A stretch of DNA of 64,000 nt from Mytilus californianus. Taxonomy: Eukaryota. Shown here piece after piece: positions 49,855 to 61,503 of the stretch. The position numbers and the translations under genes were made by a program. The notes below the pieces were generated by a model. That model saw nothing but the letters and a program-made list of their open reading frames with translations. It did not search any database and was not told the origin of the DNA. Each line of letters opens with the position of its first letter. Within the stretch, counting starts at the first letter, position 1. Where the stretch lies: NCBI RefSeq assembly GCF_021869535.1, contig NW_026262734.1:27156001-27220000 (forward strand), in the 5' to 3' direction.

Positions 49855-52800
49855 GCAAGTTTACTTTTATGAATATCAGTATAGACAAATACATTGAAAC
49901 ATTTTACTTCAACATATATTAATTTGAGCGCTAGTACTCACATCCAGAAAAAGCTAGTGAGTAGTATATCAAGATTTTCGTGGTTATGAATATTAGAAAA
50001 TATTTTTAGATAATTATCATTCCAGTTCAGGGCCCTTGATGGGCAACATGACACTCACATTGAAAAGCATTACACTGGTTTTATAACACAATTGCACATT
50101 AAAATGAAATATTAAATGTTCATACCTACATATATTAAACGATTAGGTTTTGCATCACATCTCAAACTTCTCAGAATGCAATGACTACACTCTTTAGAGT
50201 GTACATGATAGTTATTTTTCTGCTTTGTATAGATTCGATGGGTTAAGTCCTTTTCAACTAATATTTGTCTCACCTGCAACAAAAGTCGCAGAAGGCGAGA
50301 CATAGGAATTGCTTTCCCGGCGTCGTCGGCGTCAACAATTGTTAGTTTTTAAAGTTAGTTCGATAAGAACTACTTGTGATAGATCAATGATATTTTGTAT
50401 GAAGTTGCATTACTATCAGTACATATCAGTTTGACGACTTTTTTTTAAGTTTTGCCCCCTTGGTCGTGGTCCAGCGACTTTCAATGAATAAACAATTTTC
50501 AATGTTAAGTTTTCTGCTTAAGTTAGTTTGATAGTAACTACTTGTGATAAATCAATGCTATTTTCTATAAAGCTGCATTACTATCAGTACATATCAGTTT
50601 GACGACTATTTCGACTCCTGGCCCCCGTAGGTCATGGTCCAGAGACTTTCAATTAGTTACCAATTTACAATGTTAAGTTTTCTGCTTAAGTTAGTTTGAT
50701 AGGAACTACTTACAACAGACAAGGATATTTTCTTTAAAGTTACATTACTGTCTGTTCATCTCAGTTTGTTGACCGTTTCGAGGCCGTGCCCACTAGTTCA
50801 TGGTCCAGCGACTTTGAATTAATTAGCAAAATGTTGCTGTCCATCCGATTGTCTTTTTCTGTATGTTATACCGACAGGCGAGACATATCTCTGTGTCAAC
50901 AGTTTATCATAGTTTATTCTTATGTTGCCCTGTTACAACATTGTCCCAGGTTAGGGGAGGGTAAACAGCAAACATGTTCAACACCGCCATATTCTCTATG
51001 TGCCTGTCCCAAGTCAGGAGCTTGTTATTCAGTGGTTGTCGTTTGTTGCTGTATATCATATTTGTTTTCGTTTATTGTTTAGTACATAAATCAGGCTGTT
51101 AGTTTTCTCGTTTTGATTGTTTTAAATTTGTCATTTCGGGGCGTTTTATAGCTTATTATGCAGAATGGGATTTGTTCATTGTTGAAGGTCGTACGTGACC
51201 TATAGTTGATAACTTCTACGTCATTTGGTCTTTGGTGGAGAGTTGTCTCATAGGCAATCATACCGCATCTTCTATTTAAATGAAAGGGATATTCTGTTTA
51301 AAGCTGGCTTCCCGAAGGCTGCAATTTGGACATTAAACTATTGGCTTTTGGAAAGGAGACTCTTTCCTGTGATCAAAATGTGCAAATTGTTGAACAAGTC
51401 TGAAATTTTAAAAAGAGATCAAAAAGATTCCTCGTGATATAATATCAACATAGATTAAACGTACATCATCATCAGTATCATCATCATTCTTATCTCTGTC
51501 GTTCTTTCTTCATCCGATTTCCATTTTTCAGTATAGTTTAGTAATATCATATTTATGTTGTTTATATTATATAATGCTCTTTCACATTCAATTTGTATTG
51601 TTATATATATTGTATTGTGAAGAAACTTTATAATAAAATTGAGAATGGAAGTATGTTTTACTTGCGTCTCATCCTTTTTGCTTAAAGCGAATTAAATATG
51701 TTCAAACTAAAAAAAACTAAAACCACATCTTCTTATTTTTATGTTAATGATAAATTAATTTGAAATAAAACGTTCGTAAACTACGAGCTATAACGCAGCT
51801 ATAAATCAAATATTCTTACTAGTTGCACATTTCAATTTTCAGTTTATGAATTACATAACTGTTTTGTAACTATATCTAAGGTTAAAAATCATACTTAAAA
51901 AAATGACCCCAGACGTCCTTGTCTGTTCTATTTTTGTCTTTTTGGTATCGGTGTTCTTCCTGTTGTCTCATGTACTCTTCACTAAATTTTGTAGGAATGT
52001 AGTTGAACTTGGCCCTTTGTACAAAGTTGTAGATTATAAGTCTTGTACCTATACGTGTGGTTTTGGTTTCGGCTATGAAACATAGATATACAAATTGGGA
52101 CTGAACTGGAAGGTAGTCGTCGATGCTTCTCCCCCACAAAACAAAGTTCGGTGGTATTCAGGAATCAGTCTGTCTATTTATCTGTCCGTTTGATGGTCCT
52201 TCCCAACTTAGTTTGTAGTCATTTGTCCATTTAAACCAAACTTTGTAAAATTACAGACTATGATTTTCAACTTTGCAGCAATACCATTTTTGTCGAGCCT
52301 TCGGCTTTAGTCGAAAAAGCGGGACATAGCGATCCTACATTCCGTCGGCGTCGTCGTCGTCGTCGGCGGCGTCCACAAATATTCACTCTGTGGTTAAAAT
52401 TTTTGAAATTTTAATAACTTTCTTAAACTATCCTGGATTTCTACCAAACTTGGATAGAAGCTTGTTTATGATCATAAGATAGTATCCAGAAGTAAATTTT
52501 GTAAAAATAAAATTCTATTGTTTCTGTATTTTACTTATAAATGGACTTAGTTTTTCTGCCGGGAAATATTACATTCACTCTGTGGTTAAAGTTTTTAAAA
52601 TTTTAATATCTGTCTTAAACTATCCTGGGTTTGCACCAAACTTGGACAGAAGCTTGTTTATGATCATAAGATAGTATCCAGAAGTAAATTTTGTAAAAAA
52701 AAATAATTATTTTTTCCTTATTTTACTTTTAAATGGACTTAGATTGTCTGCCAGGAAACAACACATTCACTCTGTGGTTAAAGTTTTTAAAATTTTAATA

Positions 52801-54543
52801 TCTTTCTTATTCTATTTCGGATTTGTACCAAACTTGGACAGAAGCTTGTTTATGATCAAAAGCTAGTATCTAGAAGGAAATTTTGTAAAAAAATAAATCC
52901 ATTTTTTCCGTATTTTACTTTTAAATGGACTTAGATTTTCTGCCAGGAAACAACACATTCACTCTGTGGTTAAAGTTTTTAAAATTTTAATAACTTTCTT
53001 ATACTATTTTGGATTTGTACCAAACTTGGGCAGAAGCTTGTTTATGATCAAATGCTAGTATCTAGAAGGAAATTTTGTTTTCTTCCAGTTAACATTACAT
53101 TCAGTCTGCAGTTAAAGTTTTCAAACATTTATTAGATTCATAAACTATCCTGGATTTTTACCAAACTTGCACAGACGCTTCTTACAATCAAAAGATAGTA
53201 TCAAGAGGAATATTTTTATTGATTTACTTCCTCATTTTTGTTGAGCCTACGATTAACAGAGAAAGTAGGCGAGACACTGGGTTCCGCGGAACCCTTACGA
53301 TTTTTTTTTACTCCAATTAGTTTTTTTTTATTTTGGAATATATTATGTCCCCACAACTTAAAAACTTTCAAAACTATTCTCTATGGATTATATGGACGTT
53401 ATTCTCTCATGCTTCATTAGGAGGTCATGAAACTTGGTACATTGCAAGATCCTAATATGGGGATGTTCATATTAGAAGGGCATGTTGGTTGTTTGGCAAA
53501 TCACAGTGTTACTTCCATCTGTACTGAATTAACTATACTCTTTAGTATGCACTTTGTGGATGCTGGTCCTCTGACGTACTCTTTCATATGTTCATCATAT
53601 ATTTACTAAAATAGACCGATATTTTAGGCTAACAAAATTTGAAATTGGGGTTAATTGCTCCTGAACAAAATTTTATTCAAGAAACAAATTTGTAGCTGCC
53701 GGAATACGGCCTTTTTTATTTGGATTCATAGAATGTTTTACCCGAGATTTTAATTTGACATGCTATTTCAGGTTCATATTGGACAGTCAATATATTTTTG
53801 CAAACAAAAACATAGTTGACATTGGAAGTGGGTGTGGAGCCTCTGCCATTGCATGTAAACTGATAGGTGCCCGCAGTGTTGTTGCTAATGACATAGATAA
53901 AAGTAAGTTTTACACTTTTAATTACTGAATTGTGCAGTGCCTGTGCAAATTGGCATTGTTTGCTAGTAATGCTTCTTTGAGTGTTTTCGGATGAAAAGAA
54001 AATCTTTTTTTTTTAAATAAAATTTTTGTTTTTGTTTTTCAGGAAATTATTGGTCTGACCAATCACAATGCAACATTTTGTGTAGGTCTAGTTATTCTCA
54101 TAAATAGTCGCCATCATTCATAGCTAAATTAATTGTCATTATAAATGAAACAGTTGTTATATATATCGAATTCTTTTTGTATATGTTATAAATTGTTATT
54201 TTTAGTTGCCATTGGTGCCATTAACTTGAATGCAACAGCCAATCAAACAGAAGTTTCGGTATCGTCAGAAAACCTGATTGGTTCTATCGACTCGCACTGG
54301 AACACAGTACTGCTAGGCGATATGTTTTATGACCGTCACTTTGTAGACATAATTAGTGACTGGATTCCGAAATTATCAAACAATAAAATATCTGTGTATA
54401 TAGGTGATCCAGGCAGACTTCCTCTGATCAACCATCCACTCAGTTCTAAATTAGAAATTGTGTTCAAGTGTGAATTACCTGAAGAATGTCTGAAGGGAAA
54501 TAATGGCATGAACTCTGGCTATGTCTGGAAATACACACCCTGA
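49619..54543 (+). CDS. ETFBKMT: Electron transfer flavoprotein beta subunit lysine methyltransferase (METTL20), 234 aa: join(49619-49854,53772-53902,54206-54543)
   Basis: LTPEIALHLITPRCKLW, DPFWAFYWPGGQVLTRF, motif I IVDIGSGCGASAIA, ANDID, LLGDMFYD and IGDPGR match recalled human METTL20. The basic N-terminus looks like a mitochondrial presequence. Intron 1 is GC-AG. An acceptor at 49601 implies an upstream non-coding exon. Confidence 0.95.
50264..50895 (+). mobile_element. Helentron/DINE-like family 3 element with a ~170-bp array
   Basis: TTTGTCTCACCTG..AGGCGAGACA..GGCGTCGTCGGCGTC start, three diverged internal units, GACAGGCGAGACA end. Confidence 0.65.
52287..53297 (+). mobile_element. Helentron/DINE-like family 2 copy G (192-bp array)
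   Basis: ATTCACTCTGTGGTTAAA at 52381, 52573, 52765 and 52957; 3' GGGTTCCGCGGAACCC palindrome. Confidence 0.85.
53772..53902 (+). CDS. ETFBKMT: ETFBKMT coding exon 2 (SAM-binding motif I)
   Basis: CAG|FILDSQ..DIGSGCG..ANDIDK|GTAAGT. Confidence 0.95.
54206..54543 (+). CDS. ETFBKMT: ETFBKMT coding exon 3 (stop)
   Basis: TAG|AIGAINLNA..LGDMFYD..GDPGR..VWKYTP TGA. Confidence 0.95.
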
Positions 54544-55114
54544 ATGTGATGTCTGAAACAACTTATGGTCATGTGATTTTGGAATAGCAATGACGATTTA
54601 TAACAGAATATCACGTGAATAAGTGATCATTATTATGATTTTTGTATATATTAACAATAGCACAAGAAAAACATTATTTGAACATATCGTGATAGGTTAC
54701 CCAAAAGAGGGTTATAGAATATCGTTAAATGATCGAAAACGTATCAACTCTAACACCGGAAAGAACTACAAAAGACAAGGAAAATTCACCAAACTCCAAA
54801 ACATTGGTAACGTCCTTCTTGCTACGTTACGTTAATAGTTTAGCAACGCAACGTCGCCGCTGTTTCGGGGTTCACCCGGAGTTCATGTAATGGAAATGTT
54901 CCATTTGAACTCCCCTTAATAATTTCTTAAATTCGAAAATCCAAGTTCTTAAAGTGTTTATTTTAGGAGGTATCAGAAAAATGAAACTCGGCTTTACTGG
55001 ATTTATAAATATTAGCATTTAAAACATTAAATATATAAGTTGTCCACTTTATATTTTTATTACATGTTATTTGCTACTTATCGTAACATGACATATAATA
55101 TTTATTATACATAC

Positions 55115-57415
55115 ATGTATATATGGAACACCATGACTGCAGTTGTGACAATACTATATGCAGTGGTAACAACATTATATGCAGTGGTCACAACATTATG
55201 CAGTGGTCACAACGTTATATGCAGTCGTCATAACATTATATGCAGTTGTCGGAACATTATATGCAGTGGTCACATCATTATATACAGTCGTGGTAACATT
55301 ATATGCAGTGGTCACAACATTATATGCAGTGGTCACAGTATTATATGCAGTGGTCACAATATTATATGCAGTCGTGGTAACATTATATGCAGGTGTCGGA
55401 ACATTATACGTGTTTTGTTGATGAAGGTGATGATCAGTGATAATGATGATTGATGATAGTGATGGTGGTGGTTCAGAATCGGTAAACTTCGTAAATTTTT
55501 TATCGGAAATTGCCGAATCCAGTCATAATTGATCATGCCCCGCAAACAAAACAAAACAGTTATTGAAGTCATGTAATTTAGGCAATTCGATTGAAATCTT
55601 TATCAGAGAAAAAATAACACCTGCTATTGTCTGCAAATTGGACAGACATAATTTTATAAATTTAGGGGTACTTCATTCCGAGGAAATGATGAAACTAAGA
55701 GTTGAATGCATTTACTTGTTCTGTTCGTCTTTAGAAATACGCATGGCATAATGTAAGTAAAATAATGATTAATAATAATGAAATCAGTGGCGGATCCAGA
55801 AATTTTCATAAGGGGGGGGGGGGGGGGGGGGGTACTGACTGCCTAAGAGGAGGTCCGCTCCAGTCATGCTTCAGTGATTCCCTATATAATCAAACAAATT
55901 TTTCCCACGAAAAGGGGGGGGGAGGCACCCTGGGCCCCCTCTTAATTCGCCTCTGCAGAAATATCAAAGGACAGTTTGTATACTATATACCTCGAGTTCA
56001 TTTCCTACTGAAGAACTATTGCTAGGTGCCACTTTATAGTCGATATTCAGTTTAAATGGCATAAATACATTTTGAATAAATTAGTCAGCTGTCTATAAGA
56101 CCGAAGTCCCATATCTCTCCAGCTTATATATGTCATGATAGAGCCATTTTTTTGGCTTTGATTTTCAGAATTATGCATTTTTACATGATTTAGTATCTTA
56201 CAGATATGAAAATGTACTAGTAGTTTAAAGCATTTCATTGTAGGTGTTTAATATAACTTTACATCAATTGCATCCAACTTTTGCCAACTTTTTAACACTT
56301 AAAGCAGTTTGTCTTCTAAATATGAGCAGCAGCCTTAACCAAAGAGATGAAAGCATCGATCATATTTTACAACTTCAGATAAACATCTTTTTTTTTGTTA
56401 TAGTTGATGCTCATATCAAAATATAAACTTTATTAGGAAAATTAACCCTTTTCCAAACCCAGTTTAACATTTTTATTTATAGTTAGCATCTCTTTATCAT
56501 CCCTTCGGAAAACGGAGTTTGGGAGTGGATATAGCGTTTACTACGTTTGTTTGTCCGTCTGTCACGGTTAATATAAAAATAAGGAGATGTGGTATGATTG
56601 CCAATGAGACAACTAGCCACAAGTTCAAATGAAGTGGATGTAAGCAATTATAGGCAACCGTACGGCCTTCAACAATGGGAAAAACCCCATACCGTATAGT
56701 CGGCGATAAAAGGCCCCGACATGAAAAATATGAAACAATTCAACTGAGAAAACTTACGACCTAAGTTTTGCGTTTTAAGGTTTTATTATCATTCATTATT
56801 GTTAAATTACATTTTGCCGTGCGTATTTCTTAAGATAAATATTTGCAGACAATAGCAGGTGTTATTTTTTCTCTGATAAAGATTTCAATCGAATTGCCTA
56901 AATTACATGACTTCAATAACTGTTTTGTTTTGTTTGCGGGGCATGATCAATTATGACTGGATTCGGCAATTTCCGATAAAAAATTTACGAAGTTTACCGA
57001 TTCTGAACCACCACCATCACTATCATCAATCATCATTATCACTGATCATCACCTTCATCAACAAAACACGTATAATGTTCCGACAATTGCATATAATGTT
57101 ACCACAACTGCATATAATGTTGTGACCACTGCATATAATGTTGAAACCATTACAAATAATGTTCCGACAGCTGCATATAATGTTTACACGACTGCATATA
57201 ATGTTGTGGCCACTGCATATAATGTTGTAACCACTGCATATAGCATTGTCACGACTGGATGTAATGTTGTGACCACTGCATATAATGTTAAACCACTGCA
57301 TATAATGCTTTCACGACTGCATATAATGCTTTCCCGACTGCATATAATGCTGTGGCTACTGCATATGATGATGATCATCAACACAAGGCAGTCATGGCGT
57401 TCCATACATATATAC
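55115..57415. repeat. Long inverted repeat (arms ~55115-55638 and 56841-57415, each with a 21-bp minisatellite); foldback-like element
   Basis: Mirror ORFs 55354-55572(-) and 56907-57125(+) are identical for 59 codons. 21-bp unit TATATGCAGTGGTCACAACAT and its reverse complement. Confidence 0.92.
56579..56770 (+). repeat. Abundant interspersed repeat (other fragments at ~24760-25110, 29230-29300, 46240-46385, 51050-51275, 61140-61190)
   Basis: Core AGATGTGGTATGATTGCCAATGAGACAACT..CGTACGGCCTTCAACAATG seen in several copies on both strands. Confidence 0.75.
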
Positions 57416-60400
57416 AAACAAATCCTAACATTATGGTACATGTATGATACAACTTATTTTTCACCTAGCCTTTTTGAGATTCGGGTTTCGAACATGCGAT
57501 AACTACCACTGCATCCACTCGTCTCAACTCGATCAATTCCTAAGATAGTAGCGGATTTACCCTAGGATTACCAATTACCATTGCACAATTACTACTAAAC
57601 CTCTAGACTCTCTTCAAGATTTCTTGTATTCGTACTTACTTCTAGTTTGTAATTATATCCATTGAATACAATAGTAATATTTAATGAGTAATCAAATGTT
57701 TATCGATAATATGAATTGCTTATAAACTTTTATGTAAAGTTTTGATTAATGATAGACAAAGAGATTTAAATAATGGACAGTAACGAGGACCTATTCCAAT
57801 AAGCTCAATCCAATAAAATGACTGTTATGTCTCTAAAAATGAAAATGACAATCCATTTTTGCCAAATAATAGCGGCTTGCTTTTTTGGCGATGTGTGATG
57901 TAAGTGAGACAACATCAGTGACGAAAATGGTTTTGATTAAGACCTAAAAACAAAGTATTAACAAAAACACTGAACTCAAAGGTAAATTCAGAAAGAGGGA
58001 AGTTCATAACTCCTGCCTAAACCGAACGTTAGGCTATGTCAACCAACGGAACGAATGGAAACAAGTGTCATATTCCTGACTTGGTATAGGCATTCCGAAG
58101 AAAATGATGGTTGAAACCTGTTTTTTTTGCTAGCTTAACCTCTCACTTGTATGGCAGTTGATTATAGTTTCGTTATATTGACAAAATTAGGTGATCAACC
58201 CTAATAGACATAATTGGTAAACTTGACAATAATTGGGATCCAGCAGCCAAAACTGTGTTAACATTTATCACAGACATACAACACAACTGACCAAAAAACC
58301 TAAGTGATTCTCTCCGCAGTAATGGCAACCGTCACTATCTTGATAGTGGTATTGTAAAGGAAATACCAGAAGTTACAAGTCATGAACATGACTACGATGA
58401 CATTAAAGTGAAACAACAAATGAAAATATTGAAGCATGGGTGATGCATATTTTACAATGGGCAAAACATTGCAAAATGGAGATAAGTCAGATCGTGTCAT
58501 TTTTACAAGACTTAAACCCAAGACTACGAAATGCCCTAACCGTTAAAATGATTTCATATAGGTAAGGAATGTGAGGAATATAGGAACTGAAAAAAATCAC
58601 ATTAAATTTCAGTTCAAGAGGAAAAAGTGTAAAACAGTAGTGAAATTGTTTTGTTTTTGATATATTAGAAAAATACGTAAAGTCCATTTACGAAAAGGAA
58701 GTTGGTTTGAGGTTGGAAAAAGTAAGCCTTGTATTGTTATACTGTTTTCTGACTAAATCCAGTAATAATCTAGCTGTTAAGGAAACATCCATTTCATTAG
58801 AAGAGGACAAAAAACCAAAACCAAACCATAAGATGCAGAAATTTATAGGCGCCTGCAGAAAGTGTTATAACTATTGTAGAGAAATTAGTTCGGAAATCGT
58901 CAACATAAAGAGCGAAACAAAACTTTGTGAAGAAATTGAAAAATTCGAGATAGTTGAGTCGAAATTTCGAAAACGAAAATGCAATCATGATTGCGTAGTA
59001 GAGGGAAGCAGGGCATAAGGTGGCATTTCTCAGGGAAATTACAAGCTTGTCAACAAGGCATAGACATTGGTCTGTACTCCAATCAGATTGATTAATTAGT
59101 ATTGTTTGTAGGTGTATTACTAATGAATAAAATAAGTAATGCTTGCCTATTAAATATAGTCTCTCTTGTCTTCTGGTCAGTTTACAATTCGGTTGACAAT
59201 GGCATCTTTAGAAGTCTACTACAAATATTTACAGCAGTTTTTGAATGCGTAAAAATTACCGAAAATGGTATCTTTGATTAGTTTTTTAAAAAGGATAAAA
59301 CTTACAAATTCTTTGGAACTGACATCTTTCAATCATTATTATCAAAATAATCCTGTGAGGATACAAAGCGTTGAAAGGCTTTACTAAAAATTTCACACAA
59401 GGAAATTAAAATACAAATTATCCTTTTTTTTGATAACTTTGGTAAAGATACTAGGTAAACATATTAAAGATAGCAAGCTTCCAATTGAAACAGGTGGTTA
59501 CTTTATCATGAGAACGATTTGTGAGTAAAGTAAATACAATATTATGCAATAGACATTCCACAAAAACTCGTACGTTGTTGACAGTCAAAAGAAGAGGCTC
59601 CAAGGAGGTCCAGCTCATAGCGCTGCATTACGAAATTATATACACAACCTTTGGACTACTTGGAATACTTACTTTGGTTGAAAGCATATATTCCTTGATG
59701 TCACACAGCGTATTTGGTACTCCATTTATGACACGTGTAGCTACATCATACTAATGAATATGATTCACTATAAAACCAAAATGATCTTCAAATGGTAAAG
59801 ACACTAATATCAATAGGCATTTTAACCTGAGAAATATCAGACAATCAACTAACCATCGGCTATACCATTAATGCAACTACTATGACAATCTGATTAAAAT
59901 TACATTTTTGAGTTCTCTATGCTTATATTCGACGAGTAATCGAACCAAGATGGATCTGAATTGTTGATTAAGTCGAGCGTTGGATTTTTTCATCTTGTTT
60001 TTTAACATTTTTTCTCTTATGGCCCTATGAAATTAGATATCTTCGCGCAATTTAGATACGGTACTTTATTTCTTAATAGTGATTTGTTTAAAGTAAATAT
60101 TCGGTCTGTGTTTGTTGGGCTCGACAAGACGATGCACACAATTTCTTTTCTGATTATACAAGATGCAAAAACATAAAAACAGATTTGACATTTAGATACG
60201 ATCCATGTTAATTGATCCTTTGAAAAAAAAACTTATTTAAGGTTTATGACGTCTTTACACTAAATCCGTTCGATGTGTACTGATTGATACCTTAGTCTGG
60301 GAGAACATGATTAATTTATTAGTTGTAACTGGCCTTGAACTAGCATTCAGTAACTGCGAGTACATGTTCTCTTATTTCGGTGCTTCGTGTTATTGTTCTA

Positions 60401-60689
60401 TGTTCTTTTTTTAATTCGTACCTATTTTTTAGTTAAGTCTTTTGCAACTGACTTTTACGGTTTGTTCTCATGTTGTGGTGTTACACCATTGCTCAGGTAA
60501 AGGGAGGGTTGAGCGCTCACACCTATGTTAAACTCCTTAATATTCTTAAAATTCAGCGGTTGTTGTTGGTTCATGTCTGTCAGGTTTTTTTTTCGTAAAT
60601 TGTATTGTCATAAATTAGGTCGTAAGTATTATCAATTGAGTGATTTCCATTTTTCTCTTCGGGGCCTGTTATAGCTTGCTATATACACT

Positions 60690-61090
60690 ATTATATTATT
60701 TATTTATGTATTTCTCTGTCTTGAGTGTTCTTTCGTTTATTTGTACTGTATCCTGTCACGTAAAGTTGTCATTTTAGCGGTATTTGTAACATTGCCATGT
60801 AAGCGGGAGGTTTGGCTAGCCATTAAACCAGGTTCAATCCACCATTTGTCTTAAAATGTCCTGTACCAAGTCAGAAATATGGCAGTTGCTATCAAATAGT
60901 CCGTTTCTATGTATGTTGACGTTTGTTTTTGTAGCAGTTCAGTGTTACTGTTATTCCGTTGTTTTCCTCTTATAGTTGATATGTTTCCCTCGGTTTTGGT
61001 TTGTGACCCGGATTTGTTTTTGCTTAATCGACTTATGAATATTGAACAGCGGTATACTACTGTTGCCTTTATATGGTGTAGATTTTTGCA
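60690..61090. repeat. Interspersed repeat fragment (related copy at 63480-63735)
   Basis: Shared AAACCAGGTTCAA(T/C)CCACCATTT..TGTCCTGTACCAAGTCAG..AACCCGGATTTGTTTT. Confidence 0.65.
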
Positions 61091-61221
61091 TTGATGAAGA
61101 CCGTGCAGTGACATATAATTGATTATGTCCAAGTAGTTTGAACTCTGGTAGATAGTTGTCTCATTGGTAATCATACCATATCTCCTTCAAGTTTTATATT
61201 GAAAGCGAATCTAGAAAGTAT

Positions 61222-61503
61222 TTTATTCGTCACCTCAAGATGTGATCACATGATGTATAAATGTTTTACTCATCACCCCAGGATGTGATCACATGATGTA
61301 AATGTTTTACTCATCACCCCAGGATGTGATCATATGATGTAAATGCTTTACTCATCACCTCGGGATGTGATCACATGATGTAAACATTTTATTCATCACC
61401 CCAGGATGTGCTCATATGATGTAAATGTTTTACTCATCACCTCAGGATGTGATCACATGATGTATAAATGTTTTATTCATCATCCCAGGATGTGATCACA
61501 TGA
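61222..61503. repeat. 41-43-bp minisatellite, 7 copies
   Basis: TTTTACTCATCACCCCAGGATGTGATCACATGATGTAAATG units. Confidence 0.9.

Noticed and set aside
55040-57502. Repetitive ORFs (TTLYAVV, HNIICS) and the His-rich mirror ORFs
   Set aside because: They result from a 21-bp (multiple of 3) minisatellite and the inverted repeat; no splice or domain evidence.
59673-59750. Candidate 78-nt minus-strand exon (YDVATRVINGVPNTLCDIKEYMLSTK|GTAAGT)
   Set aside because: The acceptor is weak, the stronger upstream acceptor gives stops in all frames, and I found no partner exons.
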